DNA of 64,000 nt, from positions 1,504,001 to 1,568,000 of the forward strand of contig OZ242320.1 of assembly GCA_965208125.1 (NCBI GenBank), read 5' to 3'. A model generated the notes under the pieces. It was not told the origin of the DNA, searched no databases, and saw only the letters and a program-made list of their open reading frames with translations. Every line of letters begins with the position of its first letter. The stretch's first letter is position 1. Below are positions 47,776-56,806 of the stretch, in pieces. The translations under genes were made by a program, and so were the position numbers. This DNA is from Candidatus Latescibacterota bacterium. Its GTDB lineage: Bacteria; Latescibacterota; UBA2968.

Positions 47776-47908
47776 AAAACATAAAACAAATCCATTGCCC
47801 CACATTTCTCACACTCAGCCCCCGTCAGGCTGATGAGCCCGGTGCTCTTGATTTTTTCCTATTCACTATCCACAGAAATGAAAAACTTTCTTTCATAAGG
47901 AATCCAAC

Positions 47909-50900
47909 ATGTCTAATCTGCTACACCTGCGTTCAACACATACCCTGAGCTTTGCACTTATGCTCATCGCGCTATTGTATCACCCCTTACCGCTCATTGC
48001 GGGATCTTCACCTGATTTTAATGGCGATGGCATTGTCGATAAATCCGACCTTCTGCTCTTGATCGGTGTGTATGGGTCCAGGGAAGGTGATGATAACTAT
48101 GATGCCAAATACGACCTGGATGGTGATGGCGTGATTGCACAGGGTGATTTGAGGATTCTTATAGGTAGGTATGGTCAAATGGTCGATTCGACCCCTTCAG
48201 TGGCGTTGCCGGTGTGTGAACGCACGCCTGCTGTGCGCGATTCGATTGTGACCTTAGCATCTGTAAGCACTTGCGGTGATGTGACGGCAACGCATCTATC
48301 TGCGATAGATTCTCTCAGTTTGAGAGGTGCAGGCCTGACAGCCTTGAAGGCTGGTGATTTTTCTGGTCTGACTGAACTGACAAAACTCAACCTATTTGAC
48401 AATACGCTCAGCAGCCTGCCCGATGGTCTCTTCGATGGCCTGACTGAACTGACCTGGCTGCATCTGGGTCGTAACCAACTAACCTCAATCCCCTCCGAAG
48501 TGGTCAAACAGACCAATCTCACTTCTCTGTGGCTTTGGGGCAATCAGTTGAGTGGTCCTGTTCCCGTTTCCGAATTGGTCAAACTATCCAACCTTGAGAC
48601 TCTGAGTCTTAGCTCCAATCAGTTCAGTGGGGAGATCCCTGTGGCATTGGGCAACCTGACCAACCTCACTTACCTGAGTCTTGGTGGTAACCAGTTGAGT
48701 GGTTCTATCCCTGCTTCCGAATTGGTCAAACTATCCAACCTTGAGACACTACATCTTTGGGGCAATCAGTTGAGTGGTTCTATCCCTGCTTCCGAATTGG
48801 TCAAACTATCCAACCTTATGGTACTGAATCTTAGCAACAATCAGTTGACTGGTGGTATTCCCCCTGAATTGGGCAACCTGACGAACCTTCAGCGCCTGCA
48901 GCTTGATCGCAATACCTTGGGCGGAGAGATTCCAACAGAATTGGGCAACCTATCCAACCTTCAGCGCCTGTATCTTTACTCCAATCAATTGACTGGTGGG
49001 ATTCCTATAGAATTGGGCAACCTGTCTAACCTGCAACGCTTATATCTTCACTCCAATCAGTTGACTGGTGGGATTCCTATAGAATTGGGCAACCTGACAA
49101 ACCTTGAGCGCCTGCGTCTTGAAAGGAATCAGTTGACTGGTGGGGTTCCTATAGAATTGGGCAGCTTATTTAATCTCACTTACCTCAATCTTAGCCGCAA
49201 TCAGTTGAGCGGAGGGATTCCTATAGAATTGGGTAACCTGACAAACCTCACTTACCTGAACCTCGGCGTGAATCAATTGAGTGGGCAGATCCCAATAGAA
49301 TTGGGCAACCTGACCAATCTTGAGTTGCTGGCAATCTGGAATAATGATTTGAGCGGTCCGATACCAACAGAATTCGGCAACCTGATCAACCTCTGGCACC
49401 TGAGCTTTGGCGGTAACCAATTAAGTGGTCCACTTCCCGTGGAATTGGGTAATCTGACCAACCTCACTTATATGACTTTTTGGAACAATCAATTGACTGG
49501 TGAGATTCCCTCAGAATTCGGCAACCTGACAAACCTCACGGAACTGCATCTCGGTGACAATGCACTTAGTGGTGAGATACCTCAGAGCCTGACAATGCTG
49601 ACGAAGCTGGAGACATTTTCATTTGGAGGTGAGGGAGGGCTATGTGCGCCAGCTGATCCGACCATTCAGATGTGGCTTGATGGCATAGAAGATGTCAACG
49701 GCCCGACTTGCGCCCCACCAGGCCAGCGCGAGGCATTGGTGGCGCTATACAATGCAACAGATGGAGGCAATTGGACAAATAACGACAATTGGCTAACCGA
49801 CAACGACATTTCCTCCTGGTATGGCGTCGAGATTTCTGACGGTTCGGTGACAGGATTGCGCCTGGAAGAAAACAATTTGACAGGAGAGATTCCAACAGAA
49901 TTGGGCAACCTGACTAACCTCAGGTGGCTGGTTCTTGTCGATAATAAGTTGAGTGGGGAGATCCCATCTCAATTGGGCAACTTGTCAAATCTTACAGGGC
50001 TGTGGCTTCACGATAATGAGTTGAGTGGCCTGATTCCTGCAGAGTTGGGCAACTTGTCCAACCTTGAGAAGCTGGAGTTTGACAGGAATGCGTTGACTGG
50101 GGAGATCCCCTCAGAATTGGGTAACCTTACCAATCTCAAGCACCTGGCTCTTAACAACAATGTGTTGAGTGGGGAGATCCCCTCAGAATTGGGTAACCTG
50201 ACGAACCTGGAGGAAATGAATCTTCATGATAATCAGTTGAGCGGTGCGATCCCTGCGGAATTAGGGAACCTGGCCAACCTTAATGCACTGAATCTTTGGA
50301 ATAATCAGTTAAGCGGTAGTATTCCAGAGGAATTAGGGAACCTATCTAACCTTGAGCGCCTGGAGCTTTGGGACAATCAGTTGAGTGGGGAGATCCCCTC
50401 AGAATTGGGTAACTTGTCCAACCTCACCATCCTGATTCTTGGCGTTGGCGACAATGCGTTAAGTGGCTCAATCCCACCCGAATTGGGCAACTTGTCCAAC
50501 CTTGAGGTACTGAAGCTTGACGGCAATGCGTTGAGCGGTGAGCTCCCATCAGAATTGGGCAACTTGTCCAACCTTAAGGAACTGAATCTTTGGGGCAATC
50601 CGTTGACTGGTACACTTCCCCAAAGCCTGACAATGCTGACAATGCTGGAGAACTTTCACTTTGGAGGTGGAGGATTATGTGCGCCGTCTGATGCGGCCTT
50701 TCAGGCATGGCTTCAGGGTATTGAAGATGTCAACGGCCCAACTTGCGCCCTACCAGGCCAGCGCGAGGCATTGGTGGCACTGTATAATACGACAGGTGGA
50801 GACAATTGGACGAATAATGACAACTGGCTCACCGACAACGACATCTCCTCCTGGTATGGCATCGGCGTTTCTGACGGTTCGGTGACAGGATTGCACCTGG

Positions 50901-52747
50901 GAGAGAACAACCTGACAGGAGAGATTCCTGCCGAATTGGGTAACCTGACAAACCTTGAGGACCTAAATCTTGTCGCCAATCAATTGAGCGGAGAGATCCC
51001 ACCTGAATTGGGCAACCTGACCAATCTCACCGCACTATGGCTCTGGGGCAATCAATTGACTGGGACGATCCCAACGGAATTGAGTAACTTGACAAATCTC
51101 AGGTACCTGGGTTTTGGACAGAATTCATTGAGCGGCTCGATTCCACCTGAATTGGGCAACTTGACCAATCTTATGGAACTGACTCTTAACGATAACCAAT
51201 TGAGTGGCTCCATTCCCTCAGAATTTGGCAACCTGACAAACCTCACTCTCCTGGGTCTTTGGACCAATCAGTTGACTGGTTCGATTCCCTCAGAATTGGG
51301 CAACTTGTCTAACCTTGAGGAACTGAGTCTCGGCGGCAATCAATTGACTGGAGAGATCCCATCTGAATTGAGTAACCTGACTAACCTTGAATCCCTGGGT
51401 CTTGAAGGCAATCAGTTGAGTGGGGAGATCCCAATAGAATTGGGCAATTTGACCAATCTTACAGGACTAATTCTCTGGGGCAATCAGTTGACTGGTGGAA
51501 TACCCGTAGAATTGGGTAACCTGACAAACCTTGAATACCTGGATCTTGTTGCCAATCAGTTGAGCGGAGAGATCCCATCTGAATTGGGCAACCTGACAAA
51601 CCTCATCTTCTTGGGGCTTCGCGGTAATCAGTTGAGTGGCTCTATTCCAACGGAATTGGGCAACTTGTCCAACCTTGAGGTACTGAAGCTTGACGATAAT
51701 GCGTTGAGCGGTGAGTTCCCATCAGAATTGGGCAATCTGTCCAACCTTAAGGAACTGAATCTTTGGGGCAATCCGTTGACTGGTGCACTTCCCCAAAGCC
51801 TGACAATGCTGACAATGCTGGAGAACTTTCACTTTGGAGGTGGAGGATTATGTGCGCCATCTGATGCGGCCTTTCAGGCATGGCTGCAGGGCATTGAAGA
51901 TGTCAACGGTCCGACTTGCCCCCCACCAGGTCAGCGCGAGGCATTGGTCGCACTATATAATGCAACGGATGGAGCCAATTGGACGAATAATGACAATTGG
52001 CTCACCGACAACGACATCTCCTCCTGGCATGGCGTCGAGGTTTCTGACGGTTCGGTGACAGGATTGCACCTGGGGGGTAATAATCTGACAGGTGAGATCC
52101 CAACTGAATTGACCAACCTGACAAACGTGACTTTCCTGAATTTTGGCGGTAATCAGTTGAGTGGCGCCATTCCAACGGAATTGGGCAACCTATCCAATCT
52201 TACTTATCTGTGGCTTAACGGTAATCAGTTGACTGGGGAGATTCCATCAGAATTGGGCAACCTGACTAATCTCACTGATCTTTGGCTTGGCGGTAATCAG
52301 TTGAGTGGCTCTATTCCAACGGAATTGAGCAATCTGTCCAACCTTAAGGAACTGAATCTTTGGGGCAATCAGTTGACTGGGCAGATACCAACTGAATTGG
52401 GCAACCTGACGAACCTTGAGAGACTGGATCTTAACGGTACTCAATTGACTGGGCAGATACCAGCAGAATTGGGCAGCCTGACAAACCTCACTTTCTTGGG
52501 GTTGGGGCTTAGTAGTGATTTGACTGGGCAGATACCAACTGAATTGGGCAACCTGACAAACCTCACAGAACTGTGGCTTGGCGGCAATCAGTTGACTGGT
52601 TCGCTACCTCAGAGTCTGACAATGCTGACGAAGCTACAGACATTTCACTTTTGGAGTGAGGGCGACCTATGTGCGCCGTCTGATGCGGCCTTTCAGACGT
52701 GGCTTCAGGGCATTGAAGATGCCAATGGCCCAACTTGCTCGCAATAG
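47909..52747 (+). CDS. secreted modular leucine-rich-repeat protein with N-terminal EF-hand/dockerin-like domain
   Basis: AAGGA RBS, signal peptide, DFNGDGIVD/DLDGDGVIA pair. Dozens of 24-aa LxxLxLxxNQLxGxIPxELGN repeats in four capped blocks. Confidence 0.93.
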   Translation: MSNLLHLRSTHTLSFALMLIALLYHPLPLIAGSSPDFNGDGIVDKSDLLLLIGVYGSREGDDNYDAKYDLDGDGVIAQGDLRILIGRYGQMVDSTPSVALPVCERTPAVRDSIVTLASVSTCGDVTATHLSAIDSLSLRGAGLTALKAGDFSGLTELTKLNLFDNTLSSLPDGLFDGLTELTWLHLGRNQLTSIPSEVVKQTNLTSLWLWGNQLSGPVPVSELVKLSNLETLSLSSNQFSGEIPVALGNLTNLTYLSLGGNQLSGSIPASELVKLSNLETLHLWGNQLSGSIPASELVKLSNLMVLNLSNNQLTGGIPPELGNLTNLQRLQLDRNTLGGEIPTELGNLSNLQRLYLYSNQLTGGIPIELGNLSNLQRLYLHSNQLTGGIPIELGNLTNLERLRLERNQLTGGVPIELGSLFNLTYLNLSRNQLSGGIPIELGNLTNLTYLNLGVNQLSGQIPIELGNLTNLELLAIWNNDLSGPIPTEFGNLINLWHLSFGGNQLSGPLPVELGNLTNLTYMTFWNNQLTGEIPSEFGNLTNLTELHLGDNALSGEIPQSLTMLTKLETFSFGGEGGLCAPADPTIQMWLDGIEDVNGPTCAPPGQREALVALYNATDGGNWTNNDNWLTDNDISSWYGVEISDGSVTGLRLEENNLTGEIPTELGNLTNLRWLVLVDNKLSGEIPSQLGNLSNLTGLWLHDNELSGLIPAELGNLSNLEKLEFDRNALTGEIPSELGNLTNLKHLALNNNVLSGEIPSELGNLTNLEEMNLHDNQLSGAIPAELGNLANLNALNLWNNQLSGSIPEELGNLSNLERLELWDNQLSGEIPSELGNLSNLTILILGVGDNALSGSIPPELGNLSNLEVLKLDGNALSGELPSELGNLSNLKELNLWGNPLTGTLPQSLTMLTMLENFHFGGGGLCAPSDAAFQAWLQGIEDVNGPTCALPGQREALVALYNTTGGDNWTNNDNWLTDNDISSWYGIGVSDGSVTGLHLGENNLTGEIPAELGNLTNLEDLNLVANQLSGEIPPELGNLTNLTALWLWGNQLTGTIPTELSNLTNLRYLGFGQNSLSGSIPPELGNLTNLMELTLNDNQLSGSIPSEFGNLTNLTLLGLWTNQLTGSIPSELGNLSNLEELSLGGNQLTGEIPSELSNLTNLESLGLEGNQLSGEIPIELGNLTNLTGLILWGNQLTGGIPVELGNLTNLEYLDLVANQLSGEIPSELGNLTNLIFLGLRGNQLSGSIPTELGNLSNLEVLKLDDNALSGEFPSELGNLSNLKELNLWGNPLTGALPQSLTMLTMLENFHFGGGGLCAPSDAAFQAWLQGIEDVNGPTCPPPGQREALVALYNATDGANWTNNDNWLTDNDISSWHGVEVSDGSVTGLHLGGNNLTGEIPTELTNLTNVTFLNFGGNQLSGAIPTELGNLSNLTYLWLNGNQLTGEIPSELGNLTNLTDLWLGGNQLSGSIPTELSNLSNLKELNLWGNQLTGQIPTELGNLTNLERLDLNGTQLTGQIPAELGSLTNLTFLGLGLSSDLTGQIPTELGNLTNLTELWLGGNQLTGSLPQSLTMLTKLQTFHFWSEGDLCAPSDAAFQTWLQGIEDANGPTCSQ

Positions 52748-52830
52748 GACACACTCGGACGAGACGATAAATAGAACAACCTGCGTAAACACTATGAGCG
52801 GAGGTGAATTTTAGACTCAGGAACCTGAGG

Positions 52831-52872
52831 TAAAACAAAAGGCCGTAAGCATTGCTCATTTGCAGCAAAAAC
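52831..52872. repeat. degenerate duplicate of the tRNA-Gln terminator region
   Basis: TAAAACAAAAGGCCGTAAG..TG.TCATTT.CAGCAAAAAC, repeated at 53073-53114 (37/42). Confidence 0.7.
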
Positions 52873-53078
52873 GGCAGGAGGCTCTGTCGGATTGGTAGTC
52901 AGCCAGTGGTCCTCTGCCGCAACATACAGAGCAGGTATGGTCCAGCAAACTATAACCTGCTCTTTTTATGGGAATTATATACAAAAGTGGAGTTACCCCG
53001 CTTTGGTCGAGTATTTAGGGCTTACAAAGCCTTTATTGTGATTGTTACGCAATGAAGTAACTTTGGCAGAGCTAAAAC

Positions 53079-53126
53079 AAAAGGCCGTAAGTGCTGTTCA
53101 TTTACAGCAAAAACTTACGGCCTTTT
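53079..53126 (-). terminator. terminator downstream of tRNA-Gln
   Basis: AAAAGGCCGTAAG...CTTACGGCCTTTT hairpin. Confidence 0.7.
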
Positions 53127-53137
53127 AAAAAATGAAA

Positions 53138-53208
53138 TTGCCCCCCAGGGATTCGAACCCCGATTCTACGGTCCAGAGCCGCATGTCTTGCCATTAGACC
53201 AGGGGGCA
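53138..53208 (-). tRNA. tRNA-Gln(CTG), CCA not encoded
   Basis: TGCCCCC acceptor, TGCGG-CT-CTG-GA-CCGTA anticodon arm, GTTCGAATC T-loop. Confidence 0.95.
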
Positions 53209-53245
53209 AAAATATATAATTAGCGTTTCGAGATAGCACGCCCCA

Positions 53246-54667
53246 TCACGACCCCAGAACCTCCAGCGCCTTCTTAAGCCTGCGAATACACGTCTCCTGT
53301 CCGAGCACAGCCATCAGTTCAAACAACCCCGGCCCGAACCCAACGCCGCAAAGCGCGAGCCGCGTTGGATGAATCAGCCTGGAAGCCGAAATCCCCAGTT
53401 CACCAGATAGCGTGCGCGTCACACCCTCAATATCGCCCTCACCGAACGAATCCAAACTCTCCAAACGCTCAATCATCAACGCAACGCGCTCGGGCGTATC
53501 CGTCTTCCAGTTCTTCTTCGCCGTCTTTGCATCATACACATCCGGATCCACAAAAAAATAACCCGTATGCTTCAAATCCTCAAGCGTATGCAACCGCGGC
53601 TGCAACAACGCCGCAATCCTCATCAACTCATCCCGCCGCTCAGAAGCCTCTGCCTCAGAAAGCCACCCCTCCGCAATCCAAATCGGTATCGCATCGTCCA
53701 ACACCTCATCCACCGGACGAAGACGCATATGCTCGCCATTGAGCCACACCAGCTTCTTCTCATCGAAAATCGCATCTCGCTTGAGCAACCCCGCAACAGA
53801 AAACGCCTCGACCAACGCATCTCGCGCAAACACCTCGCGCTCATCCCCGGGCGCCCATCCCAACAGCGCGAGATAATTAAACATCGCATCCGACAAAAAA
53901 CCCCGCTCCTGATACTCCGAAATCGTCGTCGCACCGTGGCGCTTGGACAACTTGCTGCCATCGGGACCCAAAATCAGCGTCGAATGCCCATACTCCGGCA
54001 CCATCCACGAAAGCGCCTCAAACAGCATAATCTGCTTCGGCGTATTCGACAAATGATCCGCAGACCGCAACACCAGATTCACACCCATATTGTGATCATC
54101 CACCACCACAGCGAGATTGTAAACAGGCGAACCATCGGGCCGCAACAAAACAAAATCCTCAACCTCGGCATTATCCCACCTCTGCACCCCCCGAATGCGA
54201 TCGTGCCAGACCGTCTCACCCGCCGGCACCTTAAACCGCACAACCCGTGGCCGCCCCTCCGCCTCAAAAGCCGCCTGCTGTTCCGGCGTCAAATCCCGAT
54301 TGTAGCGCACCCGGCGCTTCTCGACCTGCGCCTGTCGGCGCATCGCATCAAGCTCTTCCGCAGTCTCATAGCCGTAATACGCATGACCCGTCTCCACCAG
54401 ACGCGCGACGGCCTGCTTATGCGCCTCGGCATTGCGCGACTGAAACACTGGCTCGGCGTCAAAATCAACACCGAGCCAGTTCAAACCGTCCAGAATCGTT
54501 TGAAGCGACGACTCTGTAAAACGCTCTCGATCTGTATCTTCCACGCGCAACAACAACTTTGCCTGGTAGTGCTTCGCGTAAAGATGATTAAAAATCGCCG
54601 TTCGCGCATTCCCCACGTGAAACCCACCTGTGGGAGACGGCGCAAAACGCAAAACCGTATCCGACAT
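53246..54667 (-). CDS. gltX: glutamate--tRNA ligase
   Basis: RFAPSPTG.FHVGN, LRVEDTD, YNLAVVVDD, KLSKRHG, NYLALLGW. Confidence 0.97.
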   Translation of the reverse strand: MSDTVLRFAPSPTGGFHVGNARTAIFNHLYAKHYQAKLLLRVEDTDRERFTESSLQTILDGLNWLGVDFDAEPVFQSRNAEAHKQAVARLVETGHAYYGYETAEELDAMRRQAQVEKRRVRYNRDLTPEQQAAFEAEGRPRVVRFKVPAGETVWHDRIRGVQRWDNAEVEDFVLLRPDGSPVYNLAVVVDDHNMGVNLVLRSADHLSNTPKQIMLFEALSWMVPEYGHSTLILGPDGSKLSKRHGATTISEYQERGFLSDAMFNYLALLGWAPGDEREVFARDALVEAFSVAGLLKRDAIFDEKKLVWLNGEHMRLRPVDEVLDDAIPIWIAEGWLSEAEASERRDELMRIAALLQPRLHTLEDLKHTGYFFVDPDVYDAKTAKKNWKTDTPERVALMIERLESLDSFGEGDIEGVTRTLSGELGISASRLIHPTRLALCGVGFGPGLFELMAVLGQETCIRRLKKALEVLGS

Positions 54668-54688
54668 CGAAAATCGACCTGTGAATAT

Positions 54689-54781
<93 letters not shown>

Positions 54782-54837
54782 GCGAACAAAAACGAACAGC
54801 AGAAAGTAACAAAGGATCTGTATAAATGCAAGATAAA

Positions 54838-54925
54838 TGGCGGTGGGGGTGGGATTCGAACCCACGGACCCGCGAGGGTCAACGGTTTTCAAGACCGCCC
54901 GATTCGACCGCTCTCGCACCCCACC
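54838..54925 (-). tRNA. tRNA-Ser(TGA)
   Basis: GGTGGGG...GCGGT-CT-TGA-AA-ACCGT, long variable arm, GTTCGAATC, GCCA end. Confidence 0.96.
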
Positions 54926-54938
54926 GCACCATCCGAAA

Positions 54939-54967
54939 AGTATAGACAAGCGCCCCATCTGTGTCAA
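54939..54967 (-). promoter_or_regulatory. sigma-70 promoter of the tRNA-Ser/gltX/tRNA-Gln unit
   Basis: Minus strand TTGACA-17 nt-TATACT, 13 nt before the first tRNA. Confidence 0.85.
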
Positions 54968-55158
54968 GCGGTTTGTATCAACTCGACTTAAACACACTTA
55001 AACTTTGTTTTTCTTCTATTTATCAATCAAATATCCAATAATCCCATCCGCCAAAAAAGGGTTTGCGTTGCCCGTGCCCTTCCTGTATTTTTAGGCACAA
55101 ACCTGTAACATGACCCAGAAAATCTCAACACCGCGCGCACGACCTCGCACCCTCCCCT

Positions 55159-56727
55159 ATGATTGAGCTTATCACCGGCTCCCAGATGGCATCCATTGAC
55201 CGTCGGGCAATAGACAGTGGTGTGCCGGGCATCGAACTCATGGAAGCCGCCGGGCAAGGCGTAACCCGGGCAGTAGAAAACCTGTTGGGCGACTTCCAAA
55301 ACCGGCACATCGTCATCCTCTGTGGCAAAGGCAACAACGGCGGCGACGGCTTTGTCATCGCCAGGCAAGCTGCCCAAAGCGGTGCAAAAGTCCAGGTATT
55401 CACAGCCACATCCGCCCGGGAAATAACAGGCGATGCAAAAACCAACCTCGACCGACTGCCCCCGGACATCGTGCAGCCGGTTGACCACATCGCAACAGTA
55501 CAAAGCGCACTACTCAACGCCGACATCGCCGTTGACGCGCTATTGGGCACGGGCATTCAGGGACCTCCCCGCGGCATATACGCCGAACTCATAAACGCAC
55601 TCACCCGCGCCAAATGCCCCATAGTCGCCGTAGATATACCCTCTGGACTCAACGCCGACACGGGCAAAATCGAAGGACCCTGTGCAACCGCAACATGCAC
55701 AGTCACATTTGCACTGCCCCGCATTGGACACTTCTTCTACCCCGGACGCGCCCGGTGCGGCAAACTGCACCTCATCGACATCGGGATCCCCCCCTCGGCA
55801 ATTGAGCCCGAGCGCATCCGCACCTACCTCATCGACAACCGCCGCTGCGCTCGTCTGCTCCCCCACCGGGAACCCGACGCCCACAAAGGAGACTGCGGCA
55901 GAGTATATATCCTCGCCGGATCCGTGGGACTCACAGGCGCGGCGGCACTCTCGGCAAACGCGGCACTCAAAGGAGGCGCGGGCCTCGTCACACTCGGCGT
56001 ACCCAAAAGCCTCAACGACATACTCGAAACCAAAGTCACCGAAGCCATGACCCACCCGCTACCCGAAGTCAAAAAAGTCAGATGCCTGTCCCTGCGCGCC
56101 CGGGGCGAAATAAAACGCGCATGTCGCACAGCCGACAGCATCGCCATTGGCCCAGGCTCAGGCACCCACCGGGAAACCGTCGAACTCATCCGTCGCCTCG
56201 TGCGCGACCTGAGTTGCCCGGCAGTCATCGACGCCGACGCACTCAACGCCCTCGCTGGCGACCTCGATGCGATTCGCGCCTGCGAAACACCCCTGGTACT
56301 CACCCCGCACATCGGAGAATTTGCGCGCCTGACCGGGTACAGCATCGCCGAAATACAGCGCGACCCCATTGCACGCGCCCTGAAATTCGCCACCGATGTC
56401 GGGGCCACCATCATCCTGAAAGGCGCGCCAACTATTGTCGCAACGCCAGAAGGCGAAACACACATCAACCCAACCGGCAACCCGGGAATGGCCACCGGCG
56501 GCACAGGAGACGTACTCACGGGCCTTCTCGCCGCACTCATCGGTCAAGGACTCAACCCCTCAGACGCCGCCTGCACAGCCGTCTATCTCCACGGCCTTGC
56601 CGCTGATATCGCAACAAAAAAAACCGGACACATAAGCCTCATCGCCAGTGACATCATCGAAAACTTTGCCGCCGCCATTCACCAGATACGCATCAGCACG
56701 GACTGCTTAGACTTACACCTCACATAA
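55159..56727 (+). CDS. nnr: bifunctional NAD(P)H-hydrate epimerase/dehydratase
   Basis: LMEAAG, CGKGNNGGDG, DALLGTG, AVDIPSG, HKGDCG, VIDADAL, LTPHIGEF, MATGGTGDVL. Confidence 0.95.
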   Translation: MIELITGSQMASIDRRAIDSGVPGIELMEAAGQGVTRAVENLLGDFQNRHIVILCGKGNNGGDGFVIARQAAQSGAKVQVFTATSAREITGDAKTNLDRLPPDIVQPVDHIATVQSALLNADIAVDALLGTGIQGPPRGIYAELINALTRAKCPIVAVDIPSGLNADTGKIEGPCATATCTVTFALPRIGHFFYPGRARCGKLHLIDIGIPPSAIEPERIRTYLIDNRRCARLLPHREPDAHKGDCGRVYILAGSVGLTGAAALSANAALKGGAGLVTLGVPKSLNDILETKVTEAMTHPLPEVKKVRCLSLRARGEIKRACRTADSIAIGPGSGTHRETVELIRRLVRDLSCPAVIDADALNALAGDLDAIRACETPLVLTPHIGEFARLTGYSIAEIQRDPIARALKFATDVGATIILKGAPTIVATPEGETHINPTGNPGMATGGTGDVLTGLLAALIGQGLNPSDAACTAVYLHGLAADIATKKTGHISLIASDIIENFAAAIHQIRISTDCLDLHLT

Positions 56728-56735
56728 TCAACGCG

Positions 56736-56802
56736 CGGGACGGCACAGGGGCCGTCCCCTACAATCGGATACATTACCTTTGATCGCTAACCTCTGAAAG
56801 CT
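56736..56802. repeat. REP-like element plus degenerate heptamer repeats
   Basis: CGGGACGGCACAGGGGCCGTCCCCTAC, then TGATCGCTAACCTCTGAAAGCT. Confidence 0.7.
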
Positions 56803-56806
56803 CTTT

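Larger units (their letters stand above)
43642..53143. mobile_element. degenerate genomic island anchored at the tRNA-Gln 3' end (no integrase inside)
   Basis: Imperfect direct repeat AAAAAC..TTACGGCCT..AAAAA..AAATTGCCC at 43642-43671 and 53109-53143, the latter overlapping the tRNA 3' end and terminator. The cargo has visibly different composition. Confidence 0.55.

Noticed and set aside
47810-47860. CTGATGAG as a hammerhead core or fluoride riboswitch
   Set aside because: No stem II followed by GAAA, and no upstream GGnGATGG..TTC.CC element.
48400-52700. 72-bp periodic repeats as a CRISPR array or DGR template/variable pair
   Set aside because: They are in-frame coding LRR units. There are no unique spacers, cas genes or reverse transcriptase, and the differences are not adenine-restricted by eye.
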